This document shows positions 21,069-32,257 of a stretch of 63,062 nt of DNA, piece after piece. Where the stretch lies: assembly GCA_025929365.1 (NCBI GenBank), contig JAICMG010000004.1:1-63062 (forward strand), in the 5' to 3' direction. A program made the position numbers and the translations under genes. The stretch is from Frankiaceae bacterium. GTDB lineage: Bacteria > Actinomycetota > Actinomycetes > JAFAQI01. Position 1 is the stretch's first letter; every line of letters starts with the position of its first letter. The notes under the pieces were generated by a model. It had not been told where the DNA came from. It ran no database searches and worked only from the letters and a program-made list of their open reading frames with translations.

Positions 21069-21605
21069 GTGACGAGTGGGGTGTGGCAAGCGCGCTACCC
21101 CGACCTTGCCGGAAAGGTCGCTGTGGTCACCGGCGACTTCGGTGGGCTGGTGGCCCTCGTCACTGCACTCGCGGCCAACGACGCGCCGATCTGCGTGGTC
21201 GCCGACGATCGCGGCGTCGTCGATGCGGCACTAGCGGCGGCGGCGGCCTCCGCCGGAGCCGCGATGGGCATCACCGCGTCGCCGTCCGAGCCGGGCACCT
21301 GGCAGCGAGTGGTCGCGCACGCCGAACAGCGGCTGGGCCCCATCGACGTCCTCATCGCAGCGGGCAGTGTGCCGGCCCGCAGCCCCGTCATCGATGCGGT
21401 GCTGCCCGACATGGCGGCGCGCGGGCGTGGGGTCGTCGTCGAGGTGAGCGAGGATGCGACCTCCGCCGGCGCAGTTGCGGGCGTTCGCCGTCGATCCATC
21501 GTCGTGGATGACCAGGCGGTCGCGGCAGACGTCGCCGCGGCGGTCGCATTGTGTGCGAGCGATGTCCTCACCGCATCAACAGTGACGATTCGGCTCGCCC
21601 ACTAA
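21069..21605 (+). CDS. Short SDR-like Rossmann protein that lacks the catalytic Tyr/Lys
   Basis: C-terminal 178 codons of artefactual ORF 19461..21605. GTG 21069, with high GC3. It has GKVAVVTGDFGGLV but no YxxxK. Divergent from fadD, and it overlaps glnD convergently by 4 nt. Confidence 0.5.
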   Translation: MTSGVWQARYPDLAGKVAVVTGDFGGLVALVTALAANDAPICVVADDRGVVDAALAAAAASAGAAMGITASPSEPGTWQRVVAHAEQRLGPIDVLIAAGSVPARSPVIDAVLPDMAARGRGVVVEVSEDATSAGAVAGVRRRSIVVDDQAVAADVAAAVALCASDVLTASTVTIRLAH

Positions 21606-23887
21606 CACACGGCGAGCAGCGCCGCCTCGATCTCGGATCGCCGAGCCGGGTCGTCGATCGTGCCTCCGTCGACGTCGACGACATAGAACGCGTCGACGAC
21701 CTCGGCACCGAGCGTTTGGACTCGGGCCGACCGCACGTCGAGCCCGGAGTCGGCGAGCACCTTCGTGAGCCGATGCAGCAGGCCTTCGGAGTCGTGCGTG
21801 CGCAGCTCGACGATGGTCGAGTGGTGGGACTCGTCGTCGAACCACAAGACGAGTGGCGCCGGCGCCTTCGCACCGTCGGCGTAGGTTTGCTCCCGCTCTC
21901 GCAACCGGTCCGCGAGAGGTAGCGCGTTGTCATAGGCGCGCCTCACGTCTGCAGCAAGTGCGTCGACATCGGGGAGCGCGCCGAACTTCGGTGCCACCTC
22001 GAACGCCGTGATCGCCATCCGTCCGGTGTCGGTGGAGAGCGAGGTCGCGGTCGCCGCACGAATTGCCAGCCGGTGCAACGCCGCCACGCCTGCCCACCGC
22101 GACATCAACCCGGGCCGGTCCGGCGCGACGATGGTCAGCTGCGAGCCGGTGAGATCGACGGCGAGCTCACCTCGCGCCGCAAGCGCACGCTGCTTCGCGG
22201 TGATCGCCTCGAACTCCGCCAGGTGCTCGCCCGCGACTGCCGCGGACGCGCGCCGCACGAGCTCCGTGATCAGGCCCGCCTTCCAGTCACTCCATGCCGC
22301 CGGGCCGGTGGCGAGTGCATCGGCGATGGACAGTGCGTGCAACAGCTCGAGCGTCTCGATGTCGCCAACCGCCCTCGTGACGATCTCGATGGTGGCGGGG
22401 TCGCCGAGGTCACGCCGGGTCGCGGTGTCCGCAAGCAGCAGGTGGTGTCGAACGAGCGCCGTCACGGTGGCGGTGTCCTCGGCGGACAGCCCCATGCGGG
22501 CAGCGATCACCGGCACCCGCTCGACTCCCGCATCGGTGTGATCGCCCGGAAAACCTTTGCCGATGTCGTGCAACAGAGCGCCCAGCAACAACAAGTCGGG
22601 CCGGGCGACCTGACGGGTCAGTGTCGACGCCTCGACGGCGGTCTCGATCAGATGACGGTCGACGGTGTAGCGATGGACGGCGTTGTGCTGCGGCTTGCAC
22701 CTCACCGGCTCCCACTCGGGGATGAGGCGGACCAGCAGTCCAGCCTGGTCCAGCGCTTCGAAGGCGGCGACAGCCGGCCTCCCCGCGCCCAGGAGTGCGA
22801 CGAACGCGTCGCGCGCCGCCGGCGGCCAAGGCTCGGGCATTGGCGCGGACTCCGCAGCGAGCCGCGACGCGAGGTGGGCACTGATCGGCAGCCCGGCCTG
22901 AGCGGCCGCAGAGGCGACACGAAGCAGCAGCTCAGGATCGCTCGCGGGGTCGGCGTCGCGGGCAAGATGGACCTCGCCGTCCTGCTCGACCACACCGTTC
23001 GCCAGTGGTCGGCGAGCCGGACCCGACCCGCGGCGAGCAAATCGTCGCGGCGGACGGCTCGCCGTCAACGCCCGCCGACAGGCCTCGTCGGTCGCGTAGG
23101 CGATCGTGCGCGCCGCGTCGAACACCCGCCGCATCAGGTCATCGACGTCGGCCTGGCCGAGTGCTGCGGCGACCGGAATCTGCTCCTGCTTGACGAGCCG
23201 ATCGCTGCCGCGGGGTGAGCGCCGGTGCAGCTCGCCGCGGACGTCGAGCAGCCAGGAGTAGGCCTCTCGGACCGACGTCGACGGAGCATCAGCGACCCAT
23301 GCGAGCGCGATCGCGGTGATGGCGTGGACATCACGGATCCCGCCACGGGCCTCTTTGAGGTCCGGCTCGAGAAGGAACGCCAGCTCGCCCGCGCGAGTGC
23401 CCCGCTCCTGAACCGCCTCGACGAGCTGAGGCAACCGCTTGCGTGCGTCACGCCGCCAGGTCTCGAATATCCGGGTCCTCAGGTCGGCTGTGAGGGCTTC
23501 GTCGCCGGCGACATGGCGCAGGTCCAGCAGGCCGAGGATCGCCTTCAGGTCCTCGCGTGCGACGGCAACCGCCTCGTCGACGGTGCGCACCGAGTGGTCC
23601 AGACCGACACCGGCATCCCAGATCGGATACCAGATCGAGTTGGCAAGCTCTTCGACGTCCACCCCGTTTCTATGCAACAGGACGAGGTCGAGGTCGCTGC
23701 CCACAGCCGGTTCGCGCCGGCCGTAACCACCAACAGCGACGAGTGCGACCCCATCCGCCTCGCCGACGCGCTCGCCGAGCCACACATCAGCGACCTCGGT
23801 GAGCGCCTCGCGCAGGCCGGCGCCGGTGACGCCGCTCGCGAGTACGCCGGCACGCGCGTCCTTGAGCGCGGCAGCCGGGTCGGACAC
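21602..23887 (-). CDS. glnD: [Protein-PII] uridylyl/adenylyl-transferase GlnD
   Basis: Nucleotidyltransferase block GGYGRREPAVGSDLDLVLL, HD domain LLHDIGKG, and C-terminal ACT repeats. ORF trimmed to GTG 23887, 8 nt after the amt2 stop. Confidence 0.88.
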   Translation of the reverse strand: MSDPAAALKDARAGVLASGVTGAGLREALTEVADVWLGERVGEADGVALVAVGGYGRREPAVGSDLDLVLLHRNGVDVEELANSIWYPIWDAGVGLDHSVRTVDEAVAVAREDLKAILGLLDLRHVAGDEALTADLRTRIFETWRRDARKRLPQLVEAVQERGTRAGELAFLLEPDLKEARGGIRDVHAITAIALAWVADAPSTSVREAYSWLLDVRGELHRRSPRGSDRLVKQEQIPVAAALGQADVDDLMRRVFDAARTIAYATDEACRRALTASRPPRRFARRGSGPARRPLANGVVEQDGEVHLARDADPASDPELLLRVASAAAQAGLPISAHLASRLAAESAPMPEPWPPAARDAFVALLGAGRPAVAAFEALDQAGLLVRLIPEWEPVRCKPQHNAVHRYTVDRHLIETAVEASTLTRQVARPDLLLLGALLHDIGKGFPGDHTDAGVERVPVIAARMGLSAEDTATVTALVRHHLLLADTATRRDLGDPATIEIVTRAVGDIETLELLHALSIADALATGPAAWSDWKAGLITELVRRASAAVAGEHLAEFEAITAKQRALAARGELAVDLTGSQLTIVAPDRPGLMSRWAGVAALHRLAIRAATATSLSTDTGRMAITAFEVAPKFGALPDVDALAADVRRAYDNALPLADRLREREQTYADGAKAPAPLVLWFDDESHHSTIVELRTHDSEGLLHRLTKVLADSGLDVRSARVQTLGAEVVDAFYVVDVDGGTIDDPARRSEIEAALLAVC

Positions 23888-23895
23888 GCCGGTTC

Positions 23896-25188
23896 CTACG
23901 AACCGAGCCGGGTCGCGCGAGTGTTGCCGAAGTCGTAGGCGGACTCGGCGTGCAGAGCCGTGTCCAAGCCCTCGATCTCCGCGGACTCGGCGGCGCGCAG
24001 TCCGATGGTGCGCTGCACGAGGGTGGCGATGACCCACGTCATCGTGAACGCCCACACGATGGTCACGACGATCGCCAGAGCCTGGACGCCGATCAGGTGC
24101 CCACCACCGTTGATCAGTCCCTCGTAGCGGATACCCGGATTCACGGCCTTCGTCGCGAAGACCCCGACCAGAAGGGTGCCGACCACACCCGCGGCTCCGT
24201 GCACCCCGACGACGTCGAGCGAGTCGTCATAGCCGCCCCGGAACTTCGCCGAGCAGGCAAACAACGAGATCGTGCCGCCGGCGGCACCGATCAGGATTGC
24301 CGCCATGCTGTTCACGTAGCCCGCGGCGGGCGTGATCGCGACCAGACCGGCAACAGCACCCGAGGCAGCACCGAGGGTCGTCGCATGACCGGTGCGCAGC
24401 TTCTCGAGACCGCACCATGCGAGCAACCCCGCGCATGCCGCGAGCTGCGTGCCGACCAGCGCCTGGGAGGCAAGCGCCCCTGACGCCAGCGCACTGCCTG
24501 CGTTGAACCCGAACCAGCCGAACCACAGGATGCCGGCGCCAAGCATCGTGAACGGCAGCGAATGAGGTGCGATGACCTCGCGCGGCCAGCCCCTCCGCCT
24601 GCCGATCACCAGTGCGACCGCCAGGGCTGATGCACCTGAGTCGATCTCGACGACATTGCCACCGGCGAAGTCGAGAACGCCCCGATGCGCGAGCCAGCCG
24701 GTCGGCGCGAACACCCAGTGGGCGATCGGTGCGTAGACGACCACGACCCACAACGTCGCGAAGATCAGGAATGCGCCGAACTTCGCGCGCTCGGCGACCG
24801 CGCCGGTGAGCAGCGCCGCAGTGATCACCGCGAACATCATCTGGAACGCTGCGAACGCCAGCGGCGGCACGGTGAGCTGGAACCCGGCGACCTGCTGGTT
24901 CGGGTGGGCGAGGCCCGCGAGGTGCAGCGTGCCGAGCAGGCCGTGTCCGGCGTCGGGCCCGAACGCGAGCGAGTACGCGACGACGGCCCACACGATGCTG
25001 ACGACCGCGATCGTCGCGAAGTTGGCGATGATCATCGCCAGCACGTTCTTGGTGCGAATCATGCCGCCGTAGAACAACGCAAGGCCCGGCGTCATGAACA
25101 GAACGAGCCCGGCGCTGCCGAGCACCCACGCGGTGTCTCCCCCATCAATGTGCACGGCGGTGATCCTAGGGACCACCGCCGCGCTCAT
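23896..25188 (-). CDS. Ammonium transporter paralogue (Amt family) with Glu at the first twin-His position
   Basis: 430 aa; LFYGGM, LDFAGGNVVEIDSG (Glu181, codon 24646-24648), [26 protein letters not shown]. Confidence 0.88.
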   Translation of the reverse strand: MSAAVVPRITAVHIDGGDTAWVLGSAGLVLFMTPGLALFYGGMIRTKNVLAMIIANFATIAVVSIVWAVVAYSLAFGPDAGHGLLGTLHLAGLAHPNQQVAGFQLTVPPLAFAAFQMMFAVITAALLTGAVAERAKFGAFLIFATLWVVVVYAPIAHWVFAPTGWLAHRGVLDFAGGNVVEIDSGASALAVALVIGRRRGWPREVIAPHSLPFTMLGAGILWFGWFGFNAGSALASGALASQALVGTQLAACAGLLAWCGLEKLRTGHATTLGAASGAVAGLVAITPAAGYVNSMAAILIGAAGGTISLFACSAKFRGGYDDSLDVVGVHGAAGVVGTLLVGVFATKAVNPGIRYEGLINGGGHLIGVQALAIVVTIVWAFTMTWVIATLVQRTIGLRAAESAEIEGLDTALHAESAYDFGNTRATRLGS

Positions 25189-25208
25189 TGCTCTGCCACC
25201 GCCGATTG

Positions 25209-26887
<1,679 letters not shown>

Positions 26888-26941
26888 GAGGTCGAGCGCT
26901 CCCTCCTGCGCGGACTGATTGCAAGAGGTAACCGTCCTGGT

Positions 26942-26979
26942 GTTGCGCGACCCGTACGGACATGTTTCGCCGGCGTTAC
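26942..26979 (-). promoter_or_regulatory. GlnR binding site (two a/b box pairs) upstream of amtB
   Basis: The gene-strand sequence is GTAAC-gccggc-GAAAC-atgtcc-GTACG-ggtcgc-GCAAC. The published actinomycete consensus is gTnAc-n6-GaAAc-n6-GtnAC-n6-GAAAc. The site lies 55-92 nt upstream of ATG 26887. Confidence 0.55.
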
Positions 26980-26999
26980 ACCGCGGGTTGGCGCAGCGG

Positions 27000-28145
27000 T
27001 TACGGGAGGAGCGCGTCCACGAACAGCTCCGGGTCGAACAGCGCCAGGTCGTCCGGGCCCTCACCCAACCCGACGAGCTTGACCGGGACCCCGAGCTCGC
27101 GCTGCACGGCGATCACGATGCCGCCCTTGGCGGTTCCGTCGAGCTTGGTCAGCACGATGCCGGTGACGTCGACCACTTCGGCGAACACTCGCGCCTGCAC
27201 GAGGCCGTTCTGGCCGGTCGTGGCATCGAGCACCAGCAGGACCTCGTCGACCGGGGCCTGCCGCTCGACCACCCGCTTGACCTTCCCGAGCTCGTCCATC
27301 AGACCGGTCTTCGTGTGCAGCCGACCGGCGGTGTCGATGATGACAGTGTCGACGCCGCGCTCCATACCGTCGTGAACGGCATCGAACGCGACGCTCGCCG
27401 GGTCGGCGCCCTCCGGCCCGCGGACGACGGCCGCGCCGACCCGCTCGGCCCACGTCGACAGCTGGTCGGCGGCGGCCGCCCGGAAGGTGTCGGCCGCGCC
27501 GAGCAGCACGGTGCCGCCGTCACCGATGACGACCCGGGCGAGCTTGCCGCAGGTCGTGGTCTTGCCGGTGCCGTTGACGCCGACCACGAGCACGACGGCC
27601 GGGTGCCCGTCATGCGCTGCGGTGTGCAGCGCCCGGTCGGTATCGCGGCCGACCGCCACAAGCAGCGTCTCGCGCAGCATGGTGCGGACCTGATCGCCCG
27701 TCCGTGCGCCCATCACACGAACCTGCTCGCGCAGTGCCGCAACGATGTCGTTGGTCGCGGCCAGGCCGATGTCGCTGGTCAGCAGCGTGTCCTCGACCTC
27801 TTCCCACACGTCCTCGTCGATCGTGTCGCGCGACAGCAAGGTGAACAGGCCGCGGCCGAGCGTGGACTGCGATCCCGCAAGGCGGCCGCGCAACCGCACG
27901 AGCCGGCCGGCGGACGGCTCGGGCCGTTCGACCTCGGGCTCCGGCGGTGCCGGTGGGGCCTCGACGACGGGTGCCGGCTCGACCGTTTGTTGTTCCAGGA
28001 CCTCGTCGACGTCGACCGGCGGTGGCGGCGCGGGCGGGGGGGCCTCGATCGCGCCTGCCCGCCGGCGTGACGGGGCGAGCACGAGCCCGAGCACGGCACC
28101 GACGAGGAGGACTCCGACGACGATGCCGACGATGACGTAGAGCAT
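27000..28145 (-). CDS. ftsY: Signal recognition particle receptor FtsY
   Basis: N-terminal TM segment and NG domain VVGVNGTGKTTT, DTAGRL, TKLDGTAKGG. Confidence 0.93.
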   Translation of the reverse strand: MLYVIVGIVVGVLLVGAVLGLVLAPSRRRAGAIEAPPPAPPPPVDVDEVLEQQTVEPAPVVEAPPAPPEPEVERPEPSAGRLVRLRGRLAGSQSTLGRGLFTLLSRDTIDEDVWEEVEDTLLTSDIGLAATNDIVAALREQVRVMGARTGDQVRTMLRETLLVAVGRDTDRALHTAAHDGHPAVVLVVGVNGTGKTTTCGKLARVVIGDGGTVLLGAADTFRAAAADQLSTWAERVGAAVVRGPEGADPASVAFDAVHDGMERGVDTVIIDTAGRLHTKTGLMDELGKVKRVVERQAPVDEVLLVLDATTGQNGLVQARVFAEVVDVTGIVLTKLDGTAKGGIVIAVQRELGVPVKLVGLGEGPDDLALFDPELFVDALLP

Positions 28146-31100
28146 CTACACCGGCACCGGGTCGGACTCGGCTTCACGCAGTCGCTGACTGATCACCTCG
28201 GTGATCCCGTCGCCGCGCATCGAGACGCCGTACAGGCAGTCGGCGACCTCCATCGTGCGCTTCTGGTGGGTCACGACGATGAGCTGCGACGTCGACTTCA
28301 GCTCGGCGAGCAGCTCCACGAGGCGCAAGAGGTTGCGGTCGTCGAGCGCGGCCTCGACCTCGTCGAGGACGTAGAACGGCGAAGGGCGAGCGCGGAAGAT
28401 CGCGACGAGGAGCGCGATCGCGGTCAGGGAGCGCTCGCCACCGGACAGCAGCGACAGCCGCTTGATCTTCTTTCCGGGGGGCCGCGCCTCCACATCGACG
28501 CCGGTCGCGAGCCAGTCGTCCGGTTCGGTCCGTACAAGACGTCCGGAACCGCCAGGGAACAGCACCGAGAAGACGGTCTCGAACTCCCGCGCGACGTCTT
28601 CGTAGGCCTCCCGGAAGACCTGCTCGACCCGGTCGTCGACCTCCTTGACGACGACCAGCAGGTCGCGGCGGGAAGCCTTCAGGTCCTCGAGCTGGTCGGA
28701 CAGGAACTTGTGGCGTTCCTCCAGTGCGGCGAACTCTTCGAGCGCGAGCGGGTTGATCTTGCCGAGCAGTGCCAGCGCGCGTTCTGCGGCCTTCCACCGC
28801 TTCTCCTGCACCGCGCGGTCGTACGGCGTGGCCACTGCCTCCGGCGGACCGTCCGCGGGCGGCGGGACCGCGACCTCCGGACCGTATTCGGCCAGCAACG
28901 TCTCGGGCTCGATCCCGAACTCCTCCGCCACCTTCGCCTCGAGCGCCTCGATCCGCATGCGCTGCTCTGCGCGCGCCATCTCGTCGCGATGCACGGCGCC
29001 GGTGAGCGTCTCGAGCTCCGCAGCCAGATCGCGCACCGAGGTGCGGACGGCGAGCAGCTCGCCTTCGGTGACCGTGCGCTGCTGCTCGATCGAGGCCCGC
29101 TGCGCGGCCGCGGCGGCCAGCGACTCCTCCAGCGCGCTGAGCGCGGTGTCGGCGGCCGCCGACACCGCGGCAGCAATGACCGCCTCACGCGCCCGGCGTC
29201 GTACCAGCTCGGCCGCGCGCTCGCGCGCGGCCCGCTCGGCCTCCGCCGCGGCCTCGAGCTGCTCGATGCGGGTGGCGAGCGCGTGGCGCCGCTCCTCGTC
29301 GGTGCGCACGGCGAGCCGCGCCTCGAGCTCCCGGGCCCGCGCGGCGACCACGAGCTCGGCGACCTGGTTGCGCTCGGTCTCGTCCGGGACGGCGTCGTCC
29401 GGAAGCGCTTCGGCGACGGCGAGGCGCTCCTCGAGCTCGCTGAGCCCCTGCAGGTCGCGGTCGCGCGCCTCCGACGCCTCCTCGACGGCACGAGCGAGCC
29501 GGTCGCTCTCCCCGGCGGTGGCGCGGGCGGCGGCTCCGAGCTGCCCGAGCTGTTCGGCGACGGCAGCAAGCCGGGCGTCGGACTCGTGCAGCGCCGCGAC
29601 CGCGGTCTCGAGATCGTCCCGCCGGGCCGCAACCTCCTGCGCCGCGCCGCCGAGGGCGAAGCGCAGCCGTTCGGCCCGGTGGGACAACGTGGCCAGCTGC
29701 TCTTCGGCCTCGCTGTGGGCCGCACGGATCTCGAGCAGCGACGGCGTGTCGTGGGACCCGCCCGCTGACCAGCCGCTGCCGAACAGATCGCCGTCCCGGG
29801 TCACCCCGCGAAGCGCGGGCTGCGCCGACACGATGTCCTGCGCGGCGGCCGCGTCGTCCACCACGACGGTCGCCGCCAGGAGCCGGGCCAGGGCGGTTCG
29901 GATCTCAGCGGGCGCAGAGACGACATCGAGCGCGGCGCGCGCGCCCGGCGGTGTCGCGGGCGCGGGCGCCCGACCGCCATCGCTCGTCGCGACCAGCAGT
30001 CCGGCCCGCCCGCCGTCCTGGTCCTTGAGCAGCGCGATCGCGGCCGCGGCGTCCGCGAGCGAGCGGACCGCTACCGCGTCGGCAGCCGCCCCGAGGGCCG
30101 CCGCGATCGCCGCTTCGTACCCGGTCTCGACGACCACGAGCTCGGCGACCGTGCCGAGCATCCCGGGCAGCCGGTCGCGCGCGGCAACGAGTGCACCCGC
30201 CGCGTCCTTGCGGTCGAGGCCGAGCGCGAGCGCGTCACGCCGAGCCACGGCGGCACTCCGCTGCCGCTCGGTTTCGCGCTCCTCTTCCTGCAACGAGGAC
30301 AACGTCTCCTCGGCAGCGGCGAGGGCGGCCGATGCCGCCTCGTGCGCGGCGTCGAGGTCGACCTCACCGGCGTCGAGGCCGGCCACCTCACCTTCGAGGG
30401 CAGCGAAGTCGCTCGCCGCCTTTGCGGCGCGCTCTTGCGCGGCTTCGAGCGCCGCCGACAGCCGCCCGATCTCGTCCTCAGCGGCCCGCGCCCGCGTGCG
30501 CAGGGCGGTCACCTCACCGTGCAGGCGGACCCGGCCTTCCCGGCTGTCGGCGAGTGCCAGGCGGGCGGCGGCGAGCGCCTGCTCTTGCTCGGCGAGGGCT
30601 GCCTCGAGGCGCTGCCGCTCGGCATCAACCCCGGCGAGCCGCTCCCGGTCGGCGCGGAGCACCCGGTCGACCTCGGCGGCCTCGACCCGCAGCTGGTCGA
30701 TCTCGGCCTGCCACGCCATCGGATCGCGGCCGCCGGTCCCGAGATCGACCGCGATCGCGGTGTGACGCTGCCGCTCGTTGGCAAGCGAGGCGGTGCCGCG
30801 CAACCGCTCACGCAGCCCCGACAGCCGATACCAGGTCTCCTGCGCGCGAGCGAGCAGTGGCGTCTGCGCAGCGAGCGCGACGTCCAGGTGAGTCTCCCGT
30901 GCGGTCGCGTCCGCCAACGCCTGCTCGACGCGCGACCGGCGCTCGAGCAATGCCGTCTCGTCGGCGACCTCGGCGTCGAAGGTCCCGCGCATCGAGGTCA
31001 GGTCGTCGGCGTACAACCGCAGCCGCGCGTCCCGGAGGTCGGCCTGGATGACCGACGCGCGGCGGGCGACGTCGGCCTGCTGACCCAGCGGCTTGAGCTG

Positions 31101-31700
31101 CCGCCGAAGCTCTGCGGTGAGATCCGTGAGGCGGTTGAGGTTGACCTGCATCGCGTCGAGCTTGCGCAGCGCCTTTTCCTTGCGCTTGCGGTGCTTGAGG
31201 ACGCCCGCAGCCTCCTCGATGAACCCGCGACGTTCCTCCGGGGTGGCCGACAAGATCGCATCGAGCTGTCCCTGGCCCACGATCACGTGCATCTCGCGGC
31301 CGATTCCCGAGTCGGACAGCAGCTCCTGGATGTCCAGGAGACGGCACGGCGAGCCGTTGATGGCGTACTCGGATCCCCCGTTGCGGAACATGATCCGCGA
31401 CAGCGTGACCTCGGTGAAGTCGATCGGCAGCGCGCCGTCGGAGTTGTCGATCGTCAGCACGACCTCGGCGCGGCCGAGGGCGGGCCGGCCGGAGGTTCCG
31501 GCGAAGATGACGTCCTCCATCTTGCCGCCCCGCAGCGACTTCGCGCCCTGCTCGCCGAGCACCCAGGCGATGGCGTCGACCACGTTGGACTTGCCTGAGC
31601 CGTTCGGCCCCACGATCGCGGTGACGCCCGGCTCGAAGCGCAGCGTGGTCGAGGACGCGAAGGACTTGAAACCCCTAAGGGTCAAGCTCGCAAGATGCAC
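28146..31700 (-). CDS. smc: Chromosome partition protein Smc
   Basis: 1184 aa. Walker A GPNGSGKSN, long coiled coils, a hinge, and C-terminal LSGGERSLTAIALLVAIF and FYVLDEVEAALD. Confidence 0.95.
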   Translation of the reverse strand: MHLASLTLRGFKSFASSTTLRFEPGVTAIVGPNGSGKSNVVDAIAWVLGEQGAKSLRGGKMEDVIFAGTSGRPALGRAEVVLTIDNSDGALPIDFTEVTLSRIMFRNGGSEYAINGSPCRLLDIQELLSDSGIGREMHVIVGQGQLDAILSATPEERRGFIEEAAGVLKHRKRKEKALRKLDAMQVNLNRLTDLTAELRRQLKPLGQQADVARRASVIQADLRDARLRLYADDLTSMRGTFDAEVADETALLERRSRVEQALADATARETHLDVALAAQTPLLARAQETWYRLSGLRERLRGTASLANERQRHTAIAVDLGTGGRDPMAWQAEIDQLRVEAAEVDRVLRADRERLAGVDAERQRLEAALAEQEQALAAARLALADSREGRVRLHGEVTALRTRARAAEDEIGRLSAALEAAQERAAKAASDFAALEGEVAGLDAGEVDLDAAHEAASAALAAAEETLSSLQEEERETERQRSAAVARRDALALGLDRKDAAGALVAARDRLPGMLGTVAELVVVETGYEAAIAAALGAAADAVAVRSLADAAAAIALLKDQDGGRAGLLVATSDGGRAPAPATPPGARAALDVVSAPAEIRTALARLLAATVVVDDAAAAQDIVSAQPALRGVTRDGDLFGSGWSAGGSHDTPSLLEIRAAHSEAEEQLATLSHRAERLRFALGGAAQEVAARRDDLETAVAALHESDARLAAVAEQLGQLGAAARATAGESDRLARAVEEASEARDRDLQGLSELEERLAVAEALPDDAVPDETERNQVAELVVAARARELEARLAVRTDEERRHALATRIEQLEAAAEAERAARERAAELVRRRAREAVIAAAVSAAADTALSALEESLAAAAAQRASIEQQRTVTEGELLAVRTSVRDLAAELETLTGAVHRDEMARAEQRMRIEALEAKVAEEFGIEPETLLAEYGPEVAVPPPADGPPEAVATPYDRAVQEKRWKAAERALALLGKINPLALEEFAALEERHKFLSDQLEDLKASRRDLLVVVKEVDDRVEQVFREAYEDVAREFETVFSVLFPGGSGRLVRTEPDDWLATGVDVEARPPGKKIKRLSLLSGGERSLTAIALLVAIFRARPSPFYVLDEVEAALDDRNLLRLVELLAELKSTSQLIVVTHQKRTMEVADCLYGVSMRGDGITEVISQRLREAESDPVPV

Positions 31701-31809
31701 CCGTGAGACTCCCGGGTAGAGGCGGTCAGGCGGGGAAGACCAGCCGCCACGCTACAGCGTCCGCCGCGCGACGCGGCGCAGCCGGGCCGGGCTAAATGCG
31801 CGCTGGGAG

Positions 31810-32067
31810 CTAGGTGAGCGCGGGCTCGTGGTCGCGAACGGGCTCGGCGACGGTGAGGCTCTGGTCAACCGAGAATCTGAGCAGATCCTCGTCGACACGA
31901 GCCAGCGAGGTGAGCTCGGAGTTCATGGAGCGAAGCTCGGTGTTCTCGGCGCGCAGCCGGATGACGTCGTTCTCGAGGTCACGAACGCGGTCACGGAGCC
32001 GCTTCATCTCGTTGGCAATACGCAGGTCGAGACCGTTCCCGACATGTCCCAGAAGGGCTTTCGCCAT
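31810..32067 (-). CDS. Small coiled-coil protein (hypothetical)
   Basis: ATG 32067 is preceded by GGAGGatcGGAAGGA. 85 aa; MAKALLGHVGNG followed by heptad-like RDRVRDLENDVIRLRAENTELRSMNSEL. Confidence 0.55.
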   Translation of the reverse strand: MAKALLGHVGNGLDLRIANEMKRLRDRVRDLENDVIRLRAENTELRSMNSELTSLARVDEDLLRFSVDQSLTVAEPVRDHEPALT

Positions 32068-32257
32068 TCCTTCCGATCCTCCACGGTGAGGACGTCGCAG
32101 ACTCATCCGCGCACCGGATCACACGGTGTGGGATGGGCCCCCGACTGGTGACGCTGGCGACAGCGCATCTTTTGGATCAGGTGCGCGTTGCAGCGCCCTT
32201 AGTGTGACGCCGTATGGAGTAGCGGTCAAGAGGCGGAAATCCCACCGATCGAGACGC

